Origin: a virus
Virus record (IMG/VR): IMGVR_UViG_3300025012_000055
Span: 1 to 64,000 of that record
Strand: one strand, 5' to 3'
DNA length: 64,000 nucleotides
Shown: one piece after another, positions 50,096 to 57,444 of the stretch
How positions within the stretch are numbered: the stretch's first letter is position 1
Layout of the letters: each line of letters opens with the position of its first letter
Notes under the pieces: model-generated
The model's database searches: none
Seen by the model: only the letters and a program-made list of their open reading frames with translations
Told to the model about the DNA's origin: nothing
Position numbers and translations under genes: made by a program

Positions 50096-52252
50096 ATGAT
50101 AAAAACAATAACATATAAAAAATACAAAGATTTATTAAAACAGAATCTTAATGGGTCCCCAGTAAATATAATAGAACATAGCAATTTTGTAAAAAATTTA
50201 TTTAAATTAGACAAAAAAGTTAATGACCAATTACAAAATAAAAAATATTCAAATAGTTCATGGTCAATTAGAAAACTTGAAATTGATAATTTTTTAAGTT
50301 ATGGAAAAAATAATGTTATTGAGTTTGATAAATTAAATGGATTAGTAGGAATTTTTTCTAAAAATTTTATGGGGAAAACGGTGCTGTGTATCGATTCTTT
50401 ATTGTTTTTATTTTTCAATACAACAACCAGAACATCAAAAAGTGAAGAAATTTTTAATTTATATACAAAGGATGATATTGTAAAAGTAAAAGGTTATATA
50501 AAAATTGATAATTCAAATTATATTATTGAAAGAGAAATAATAAGAAAATGGAAAAAAGATGGGACACCAAATTGTAGTACTGAATTAAATTTTTATAAGG
50601 AATTAGATAATGATATAATAGAAAATTTGGAGGGGGAACAAAGACAAGAAACTGATAAAATAATCAAAAGTAAAATTGGAGATATGGAAGATTTTATTAT
50701 GACTATTTTTACCACTGGTGATAATCTTATGAATTTTATTGAAACAAAACCCACAGAAAGAGGATTATTGTTGTGTAAATTCCTTGGTTTAAATATATTC
50801 AAAGAGAAAGAAGAAATATGTAAAACAATATTTAATGATTGGAAAACAACATTAAAATCAAATTTATATAATATTCCGACTTTAAAAAGTGAAATAGAAG
50901 AATTACAATCAGAAATAAAACAAAAAGAAACTCAGTTAAAAGAAAATAAAGATAAGTTAGTTATTGTTGAAAAAAACATAAAAGATACAAAAGAAACAAA
51001 GGATTCTTTATTATCTTCATTACATCAGGATATTGATGACAAATTATTAAAATCAGATCCTTTATTAATTGAAAATAAAATAAGTGCAATAGAAAAAGAT
51101 GTAACTAATAAAAAAAATGAATTAAAAGAAATTAAATTTAAAATTGATAATATTAAAGTAACATATAGTAAAATAGAACATGAAAAATTAATACAAAAAG
51201 AAAGAGAACTATCCTCAAACGTAACAATATTAAAAAATGATATTGAAAGATTAGAAAAAGATATAAAAGAATTAAAAGAAGGAGAAATTTGTTCCAAATG
51301 TGGTCAATCATTAAAAGGTATTGATCATTCAAAAGAAATAAAAGAATTAAAAATTAAATTAGAATCAAATAATTTATCATATAAAAAATATAAAGAAGAT
51401 TTGAATGGTACAGGACAACAATTAAAAGAATATAATGAAAATAAAGATAAAATAGAACAAAGAGATAAACTCCAACTTAAATTTGATAGAACCGAAATTG
51501 AAATAGATTTATCAAATATAAATTTACAAAAAGAAAATGATAATTTAAAAAACTATCATAAAAATATTGATAAAATTAATCAAAATAATAAAACAAATGA
51601 GAAGATAAGAGATATTAATTTTAAGGTTCATCAACAAGAAACAGATGAAAAAGAATTAATATCAATAATTAGAGAATTTGAAAATATTATTTTAAATAAT
51701 AATAAGGATATTGAAGATAAAATAAAAATAGGAAAAGAAATAAGAGAAGAAGAAAAAATTTATAAAGTTTTTACTATCTATTTAAGTTTGATGGGAAAAA
51801 ATGGAATTTCCAAATCAATTTTACGTGATATGATTCCAAAATTAAATAATGAACTATCCAAATTATTGGAAGGAGTTGCAGAATTCACAGTTGAAGTATC
51901 AATCAATGAAAACAACCAGGAAATGGTATTGGATATGAAAGACAATAAAACTGGACTGATTAAATCATTAAAAACGGGTTCTGGATATGAAAGAACCATT
52001 GCCTCACTTGCATTAAGAGTAGTTTTAAATAAAATAAATTCTCTACCAAAACCAAATTTTATTATTTTTGATGAGCCGTTTGAAAAAGTATCAGAAGAGA
52101 ATTTACAGGAGATGAGTTATTTTCTGGATAGAATAAAAAAGTATTATGATTTAATATTTTTGGTAACATTTAATTCTTTGGTAAAAGATTGGGTATCAAA
52201 TGTTATAACAATAGAAAAAATAAATAATATTTCTACAATTAATTTGAATTAA
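50096..52252 (+). CDS. sbcC: SbcC/Rad50-like recombination ATPase (T4 gp46-like)
   Basis: NFLSYG, variant Walker A NFMGKT, coiled coils, zinc hook CSKC, GSGYE signature, FDEPF. Confidence 0.9.
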   Translation: MIKTITYKKYKDLLKQNLNGSPVNIIEHSNFVKNLFKLDKKVNDQLQNKKYSNSSWSIRKLEIDNFLSYGKNNVIEFDKLNGLVGIFSKNFMGKTVLCIDSLLFLFFNTTTRTSKSEEIFNLYTKDDIVKVKGYIKIDNSNYIIEREIIRKWKKDGTPNCSTELNFYKELDNDIIENLEGEQRQETDKIIKSKIGDMEDFIMTIFTTGDNLMNFIETKPTERGLLLCKFLGLNIFKEKEEICKTIFNDWKTTLKSNLYNIPTLKSEIEELQSEIKQKETQLKENKDKLVIVEKNIKDTKETKDSLLSSLHQDIDDKLLKSDPLLIENKISAIEKDVTNKKNELKEIKFKIDNIKVTYSKIEHEKLIQKERELSSNVTILKNDIERLEKDIKELKEGEICSKCGQSLKGIDHSKEIKELKIKLESNNLSYKKYKEDLNGTGQQLKEYNENKDKIEQRDKLQLKFDRTEIEIDLSNINLQKENDNLKNYHKNIDKINQNNKTNEKIRDINFKVHQQETDEKELISIIREFENIILNNNKDIEDKIKIGKEIREEEKIYKVFTIYLSLMGKNGISKSILRDMIPKLNNELSKLLEGVAEFTVEVSINENNQEMVLDMKDNKTGLIKSLKTGSGYERTIASLALRVVLNKINSLPKPNFIIFDEPFEKVSEENLQEMSYFLDRIKKYYDLIFLVTFNSLVKDWVSNVITIEKINNISTINLN

Positions 52253-52261
52253 AAATAAACT

Positions 52262-52329
52262 ATTGACTTTTTAATTTATTTTATTTATATTTGTAATTTA
52301 GATTATATTTATAAACAAGTTCTTTGAAA
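52262..52329 (+). promoter_or_regulatory. sigma-A promoter plus boxA-like GTTCTTTGAAA
   Basis: ATTG-N20-TATATTTG (52262-52293); boxA-like at 52319-52329. Confidence 0.65.
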
Positions 52330-52335
52330 TTAAAA

Positions 52336-52480
52336 GATATTATTTATTTAAGTGTTGGTCTTGGAATAATCCAGAAGTAATATAATAGGAGAAACTTAAT
52401 TGTGTTATCCCTTCCCATCAACCGTAGTACGTAGTATTACAACGAAGGATAAAAACACAGCTAAAATAAATAATTATATC
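52336..52480 (+). ncRNA. candidate structured RNA upstream of tmRNA
   Basis: End-to-end pairing plus nested stems 52401-52414/52444-52459 and 52424-52430/52434-52440. Confidence 0.45.
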
Positions 52481-52484
52481 ATAT

Positions 52485-52895
52485 GGGGATGACAGGCATT
52501 GACGTGATCAAAGTAGTCATAAAATATGTGTTTGGCATTCTGGAAAAGACAGAAGAATCGCTTAAATGGCGAATCAAACAAAGGACTCTCAAATGAGATT
52601 GCAAGGTTCTTGGTGTCAGATGAAAATCTGATTTTCAAAAATCAAGAAATTGAATTTGAAATTGCTTAACAAGGTTAAGTCAATTATATTGGAAACAGGA
52701 TAGAGTTAAACTGAATAATCGGGAACAGATTTTAACTGAACATGTTTGTATAATCCAAACAATAAAATAAATCCTGATTAGTTTAGGGTAAAAGTTTGGG
52801 AACGATTCTTTAAAAATTGAACAAAAAATAACACTAAAAAAATATTTTATGTTGAAAGATTAACGGACCCGGTTTTCGAATTACCGGCATCTCCA
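52485..52895 (+). ncRNA. ssrA: tmRNA
   Basis: GGGGATG/CATCTCC-A acceptor with G3-U, GACAGGCATTGAC 5' motif, T-arm-like CCGGT-TTTCGAATT-ACCGG, tag frame 52568-52669. Confidence 0.92.
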
Positions 52896-52964
52896 CTTTT
52901 TAATCCTTAACGATTAGGCTTGTTAGAGGTTTTTATTTAAAATAATTCACTTTTTATTGATAAT

Positions 52965-53552
52965 ATGAAAGTAGAACCAATATTAAATCAAATACTTGCA
53001 GAATCATCATTATCAAGAGTATGGAATCATACAAATAATGATGATACTTTTGGTATTATTTCTGCATTCAAATTAGATAATTATTGGGTTGAAAATATAA
53101 TTTTACATAGTAATTTAAAAAAAGAAATTAAAAGTAAAGGATATGGTTTCATAGAGTTAGATAGTGGATATAGTTATCTTGATAATACTAATGAGGAAAT
53201 ATCGGTTAGAGAAAGATCATATTTTATTCCAAAAATTACATTTAAAGATATTACTGAATTAGGTAAAAAATATGAACAAGAAACTATTATATTTAAAGAT
53301 AATGAATTTTTTATTTTAGTTAAACCAGATGGTACTATAGAAAAAACATTTTTAAAAGGAAACGGTTATAATTTTAAACCAGAGAATTTAAAAAACGCAT
53401 GGAGTCAATTTATTAGAAGTAAAAACAAAAATGCAATTAAAAAATTTACTTTTAATGTCCAAGAAAGAATTATACCATCAAGAACCGATTCTTATAAAAT
53501 GTTAGGAGAAAATAAAGGTTTAGCAAAAGTAAAATATATTAATTTATTTTAA
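52965..53552 (+). CDS. conserved phage hypothetical protein
   Basis: ESSLSRV..IISAF..ERSYF..LGKKYEQE pattern. Confidence 0.75.
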   Translation: MKVEPILNQILAESSLSRVWNHTNNDDTFGIISAFKLDNYWVENIILHSNLKKEIKSKGYGFIELDSGYSYLDNTNEEISVRERSYFIPKITFKDITELGKKYEQETIIFKDNEFFILVKPDGTIEKTFLKGNGYNFKPENLKNAWSQFIRSKNKNAIKKFTFNVQERIIPSRTDSYKMLGENKGLAKVKYINLF

Positions 53553-53558
53553 AATTTT

Positions 53559-54176
53559 ATGAATAATTTTTTAAAAAATTTTAGAAGATTATCTGGAATT
53601 AAAGAACTTTCATTAACTGAAGAATTTACTGGTTTCAAAAGAATTCATGTTTTAGAAACCGTTGGCAGAGGAATATCCTCTTTACAGCTTAACGGTATTT
53701 CTATTAACAGAGATAATTCAAAAGATAATGTAATAAATTATCAAATAAAAGAAGGAATATTAACAGAAGAAAAAGAATTTGTTTTCCCGGAAAATCAAAA
53801 AGGTGGAATTATTGTTTTTTCTATTGATGTTAATAAAAAGTTTGAATATAAAAATTTAATTGATAAAATTAAAGAATGGTTTAAACAAAAATATCAATCA
53901 TTATTAAACAGAATATTTAAAGATAAAAAATTATCAAAAATTATAAGTAAACATGAAGAAATAACTGGATTTAGCATCGGTAAATTTTTTAAAGGAAGAT
54001 ATAAATCTCCTAATGGAAAACATTATGATGAAACAAGTACATCAATTGAAATAATTGGTATTGGTTCTGAATTATTGGAAATTGTTGCATCAAAAATTGC
54101 TAGTGAATTTAATCAGGAAAGTGTATTAGTAAAAGATTATATAAAAAATGAAATATATTTAGCAAATAAAAAATAA
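53559..54176 (+). CDS. hypothetical protein
   Basis: FNQESVLVKD C-terminus. Confidence 0.75.
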   Translation: MNNFLKNFRRLSGIKELSLTEEFTGFKRIHVLETVGRGISSLQLNGISINRDNSKDNVINYQIKEGILTEEKEFVFPENQKGGIIVFSIDVNKKFEYKNLIDKIKEWFKQKYQSLLNRIFKDKKLSKIISKHEEITGFSIGKFFKGRYKSPNGKHYDETSTSIEIIGIGSELLEIVASKIASEFNQESVLVKDYIKNEIYLANKK

Positions 54177-54250
54177 TTGATAAATAATTTGGATATGTCA
54201 TTTATTTTACTTACCTTTGTATTTTAAAATTAAAATTAACTATTATTTTT

Positions 54251-54451
54251 ATGGATACAAATATAAAAGAACAAATTGATAATATGGATTATGAATCAAT
54301 GTTAAGATTATGGAGATTTAGTCCTGCTGGCCATTCATTATTTCAAGGAGAATCTGGTGAATATTTCAGTAAAAATATGAAAGAAAAACGTGATAAATTA
54401 CCAAATGAAGAACATCCAATCATATCAAAAAGAATAGGTTGGGAAAAATAA
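54251..54451 (+). CDS. small hypothetical early protein
   Basis: Follows promoter 54188-54219. Confidence 0.75.
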   Translation: MDTNIKEQIDNMDYESMLRLWRFSPAGHSLFQGESGEYFSKNMKEKRDKLPNEEHPIISKRIGWEK

Positions 54452-54462
54452 TTCATTTTATA

Positions 54463-54494
54463 CTTGTTTATTTTAATTATTTTACTTACTTTTG
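54463..54494 (+). promoter_or_regulatory. sigma-A promoter of tRNA operon 1
   Basis: CTTG-N20-TACTTTTG. Confidence 0.8.
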
Positions 54495-54518
54495 TATCTT
54501 GAAAGTATTTATAATAAA

Positions 54519-54590
54519 ATGAAAAACATAAATTTACATAATCTCCCACAGCTACCCAGTAATAAACATTGGGGTGGAAAACTTATGTAA
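54519..54590 (+). CDS. leader peptide 1 (MKNINLHNLPQLPSNKHWGGKLM)
   Basis: Short ORF between promoter and terminator; CTC CCA CAG CTA CCC run. Confidence 0.8.
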   Translation: MKNINLHNLPQLPSNKHWGGKLM

Positions 54591-54617
54591 AAAAATTAAA
54601 AAAATACAATAGATTAT

Positions 54618-54657
54618 AAACCCTGATGTTCAATAAAAAAGTCATCAGGGTTTTTTT
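54618..54657 (+). terminator. attenuator terminator 1
   Basis: AAACCCTGATG/CATCAGGGTTT stem plus T tract. Confidence 0.85.
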
Positions 54658-54675
54658 ATTGATAAAAAATTAAAA

Positions 54676-54749
54676 TATGGTGTTAGTTCAGAGGCAGAAC
54701 GCTACATTTGGGATGTAGAGGTCGAGATATCATAATTCTCACACCATAC
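54676..54749 (+). tRNA. tRNA-Pro(UGG)
   Basis: TATGGTG/CACCATA; CTACA-TTTGGGA-TGTAG; atypical T loop. Confidence 0.8.
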
Positions 54750-54765
54750 AAAAAAATTAAAAAAT

Positions 54766-54839
54766 ATTCCAGTATCCCAATTGGTAGAGGATATAGTATT
54801 AGAAACTATAAAGTGAGAGTTCGAATCTCTCCTGGAGTA
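54766..54839 (+). tRNA. tRNA-Leu(UAG), short variable arm
   Basis: ATAGT-ATTAGAA-ACTAT; GAGAG-TTCGAAT-CTCTC. Confidence 0.85.
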
Positions 54840-54840
54840 C

Positions 54841-54914
54841 TACCGGATCTTCTAATTTTGGCAGGAAAGCACCCTTTGAAGGTGATAATATAGGTTAGAT
54901 CCCTACTCTGGTAA
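54841..54914 (+). tRNA. tRNA-Gln(UUG)
   Basis: TACCGGA/TCTGGTA; CACC-CTTTGAA-GGTG. Confidence 0.8.
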
Positions 54915-54944
54915 CTACAAAAATTAAAAAAATATTAGATAATA

Positions 54945-54976
54945 CTTGTTTATTTCAATTATTTTACTTACCTTTG
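54945..54976 (+). promoter_or_regulatory. sigma-A early promoter
   Basis: CTTG-N20-TACCTTTG. Confidence 0.8.
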
Positions 54977-55018
54977 TATTCTAAATATCTGAATTAATAA
55001 CTTAAAAACCTAAAAAAA

Positions 55019-55225
55019 ATGAAAGATAAACCACAAAAGCCGAAATTGAATACTACTGTTGTTGGCGGTAGTTTTTATTGGGTTAGACCATTTCAAGGAG
55101 ATGAATTTGAACCTGCAAAGGCTAGAGATAGATATGAGAATGGAGAGCTATATTTCTGCTTTACAAACGGTAGTGTGTTGGAAGTAGAGCGCGCTTGGGA
55201 GGTTGAGCCATTAAATTTCAGCTAA
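55019..55225 (+). CDS. small cassette-like hypothetical protein
   Basis: ORF ending at GCTAAC. Confidence 0.65.
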   Translation: MKDKPQKPKLNTTVVGGSFYWVRPFQGDEFEPAKARDRYENGELYFCFTNGSVLEVERAWEVEPLNFS

Positions 55226-55280
55226 CGGTTTTGGGATTGCTGTCAGGTTTCTTACGGATTAACAACTAAAATATAATTAT

Positions 55281-55520
55281 ATGAACGAAGAATTAAGAGT
55301 GATATCACAAAGCTATTGCGGAATGACACCGAAAGATAAAGGATGCAAAACTTGGGCTGAGATGCAACAGAAAATGGCAGATGAATTGGAATGTGTAGTA
55401 AAAAATTATATTGTCCAAGCAAATGTTAGCGGACACTTGTGCCAATGTGGAAATCCGATTGCCAGAACGGAGTGCGATGATTGTTTAGACAATAGAATTA
55501 GATGCAAGTTAGAAAATTAG
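55281..55520 (+). CDS. small cassette-like zinc-finger protein
   Basis: CQCG..CDDC. Confidence 0.65.
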   Translation: MNEELRVISQSYCGMTPKDKGCKTWAEMQQKMADELECVVKNYIVQANVSGHLCQCGNPIARTECDDCLDNRIRCKLEN

Positions 55521-55602
55521 GTACAATTTCCGCTAACGCATCGGAGATTTATGAAGGATTTTTTACGACTTAAACTACAAATTTAAAAATATAAAAAACA
55601 CA

Positions 55603-55845
55603 ATGACAAAAGAAGAATTGATTACAAAGCAACAACTGGAAATAGAGCAGTATCAAATTGCAATAGAAGAAAACAAAAAACTGCTGAAAAAGATAAAACT
55701 AAATTTCATTGCGATAGGGATGCCGTTAAATGATAACCTATTGCAATTTGATAAGAAGCAGATAAAATGGTGCTTGGAAACATTAGAAATGATTGAACAA
55801 ATTAACTGTACTGTGCTTGACTATGAGGGTGTGTGGGCGGGTTAA
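55603..55845 (+). CDS. small hypothetical protein
   Basis: ORF. Confidence 0.7.
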   Translation: MTKEELITKQQLEIEQYQIAIEENKKLLKKIKLNFIAIGMPLNDNLLQFDKKQIKWCLETLEMIEQINCTVLDYEGVWAG

Positions 55846-55881
55846 AAAGTTTGCGTATAAGTAGGGGATTGTCGCAATATT

Positions 55882-55913
55882 ATTGATTTTTTAAAATATT
55901 TTACTTATATTTG
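55882..55913 (+). promoter_or_regulatory. sigma-A promoter of tRNA operon 2
   Basis: ATTG-N20-TATATTTG. Confidence 0.8.
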
Positions 55914-55938
55914 TACTTTGAAACTATTTATTAAGAAA

Positions 55939-56019
55939 ATGAAAAACTGGTTAAACATATCAATTCATAGTAATAGTCGTAATATTATACGACCTGGAAG
56001 GGGTATGTTTATACAATAA
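55939..56019 (+). CDS. leader peptide 2 (MKNWLNISIHSNSRNIIRPGRGMFIQ)
   Basis: Short ORF between promoter and terminator; codons match the downstream tRNAs. Confidence 0.82.
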   Translation: MKNWLNISIHSNSRNIIRPGRGMFIQ

Positions 56020-56038
56020 TCATTTTTAAAAGATATAT

Positions 56039-56075
56039 AAAAAACCCCTTGGATTAAGTTTTTAAGGGGTTTTTT
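56039..56075 (+). terminator. attenuator terminator 2
   Basis: AAAAAACCCCTT/AAGGGGTTTTTT. Confidence 0.85.
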
Positions 56076-56080
56076 AATTT

Positions 56081-56154
56081 TGGTCTGTAACTCAGAAGTT
56101 TAGAGTGCCAAGCCGTTAACTTGGAAGCCGGGATGGCAGAATTCCCCAGACCAG
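56081..56154 (+). tRNA. tRNA-Asn(GUU)
   Basis: TGGTCTG/CAGACCA; CCAAG-CCGTTAA-CTTGG; atypical T loop. Confidence 0.8.
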
Positions 56155-56170
56155 CTGGAAATATAAAAAA

Positions 56171-56254
56171 GGAAAAGGACTGGCATGGACGAAGAGATAG
56201 TCTTGAAAACTATTGTGTGTAAAAACATCGTGAGTTCGATTCTCACCTTTTCCG
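56171..56254 (+). tRNA. tRNA-Ser(UGA)
   Basis: GGAAAAG/CTTTTCC-G; ATAGT-CTTGAAA-ACTAT; long variable arm. Confidence 0.85.
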
Positions 56255-56268
56255 CTTTTTTAAAAAAC

Positions 56269-56339
56269 AGGTTCTTGGTGTAATGGCAGCATCTGAAATT
56301 CCAAACTTCAGGGTATGGGTTCGAATCCTATAAAACTTG
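56269..56339 (+). tRNA. tRNA-Trp(CCA)
   Basis: TTCCAAA loop; ATGGG-TTCGAAT-CCTAT; mismatches in stems. Confidence 0.75.
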
Positions 56340-56340
56340 C

Positions 56341-56426
56341 GGAAAATAAACCAATCAGGGTATTGGGCCTATTTGCTAAATAGTGCGTTCTGTAAAAAGA
56401 ATGTGTTTCAAATACTCTGTCCTCCG
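56341..56426 (+). tRNA. tRNA-Ser(GCU), degenerate
   Basis: TTGCTAA loop in CTAT/ATAG stem, long variable arm; weak acceptor and T stems. Confidence 0.6.
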
Positions 56427-56437
56427 CAAAATTATAT

Positions 56438-56510
56438 TGACCAGTAGCTCAATTGGTGGAGCAACATTCTGATGAAATGAAGGTCGAAGGTTCAAATCCT
56501 TCCTGGTCAA
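56438..56510 (+). tRNA. tRNA-Ile(GAU)
   Basis: TGACCAG/CTGGTCA; CATT-CTGATGA-AATG; GAAGG-TTCAAAT-CCTTC. Confidence 0.85.
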
Positions 56511-56519
56511 CAAAAAACT

Positions 56520-56592
56520 ATTTTCTTAGTTTAACTGGATAAAATATTTGGCTACGAACCAAAAGATGAGAGTTCGAATCTTTCAGAAAATA
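56520..56592 (+). tRNA. tRNA-Arg(ACG)
   Basis: ATTTTCT/AGAAAAT; TTTGG-CTACGAA-CCAAA. Confidence 0.88.
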
Positions 56593-56607
56593 CATTATAA
56601 TTAATAT

Positions 56608-56682
56608 GGTGCTATTGTTGTAAATTGGTGAGCATAGAAAACTGTGAATTTTCAGGTAAAGGTTCAATTCCTTTATGGCACC
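56608..56682 (+). tRNA. tRNA-His(GUG) with encoded G-1
   Basis: G-GTGCTAT/ATGGCAC-C; GAAAA-CTGTGAA-TTTTC. Confidence 0.88.
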
Positions 56683-56690
56683 CAATAATC

Positions 56691-57383
56691 TTAATTTAAT
56701 AATTCAAAAACTTCTTTTATTCCTTCACTAGCTTTTTTATTAATATAAGTAATTTCCATTCCAATTTTACTTAAACTTTTAACTGGGTTTGGATCAATAA
56801 AAAATACTTCACAAGATAATTTTATATAAGTTAACATTTGAAAACAATAATGGATAAATAAAGAAGTTCCAATTATTATTAAATAATCACATTTTTCAAT
56901 TGTTTTATATGATTCTTCAATATTACAAGGATATTCCCCAAACCAAACAACATGAGGTCTTAATTGTGAGCCATTTTCACATTTATCACCCAACTTTATA
57001 TCATTATAACCACAATCATATATTAAATCTTCATCTGATGAGCTTTGAGATTTTGTAAGTTCCCCATGAATGTGAATAACATTTGAAGAGCCACCCCTTT
57101 CATGTAAATTATCAACATTTTGAGTTATCACGGTAACATCAAAATTATTTTCAAGTTCTGCAATTAATTTATGCGCCAGATTTGGTTTTACATTTTCCAG
57201 TTGCCTTCTTCTTTCGTTATAAAAATCTAAAACTTTTTGTTTATCTTTGTGCCATGCACTTATTGTTGCAACATCATCTATTTTATGGTTTAACCATAAA
57301 CCATTTTTTCCTGTCCTGAATGTTGGGATGCCAGATTCCTCACTTACGCCCGCACCAGTAAAAACAACTATTTTCTTTTTCAT
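56691..57383 (-). CDS. cobB: Sir2-family NAD-dependent deacylase
   Basis: TGAGVSEESGIPTFR, TQNVDNLHE, HG, RPHVVWFGE, IGTS. Confidence 0.95.
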   Translation of the reverse strand: MKKKIVVFTGAGVSEESGIPTFRTGKNGLWLNHKIDDVATISAWHKDKQKVLDFYNERRRQLENVKPNLAHKLIAELENNFDVTVITQNVDNLHERGGSSNVIHIHGELTKSQSSSDEDLIYDCGYNDIKLGDKCENGSQLRPHVVWFGEYPCNIEESYKTIEKCDYLIIIGTSLFIHYCFQMLTYIKLSCEVFFIDPNPVKSLSKIGMEITYINKKASEGIKEVFELLN

Positions 57384-57444
57384 TTATTTGTTTTTTTAAT
57401 AAATATTTATAAATAAGAATATATTTATATAATGATATAATAAC

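Noticed and set aside
54766-54839. Amber suppressor tRNA or stop-codon recoding
   Set aside because: The anticodon is UAG (reads Leu CUA), not CUA; long genes are intact in code 11.
54708-54893. 61-aa ORF
   Set aside because: Overlaps three tRNA genes.
56691-57383. Sir2 defence NADase (ThsA/DSR-like)
   Set aside because: Single-domain protein with CobB-type deacylase motifs and no partner genes.
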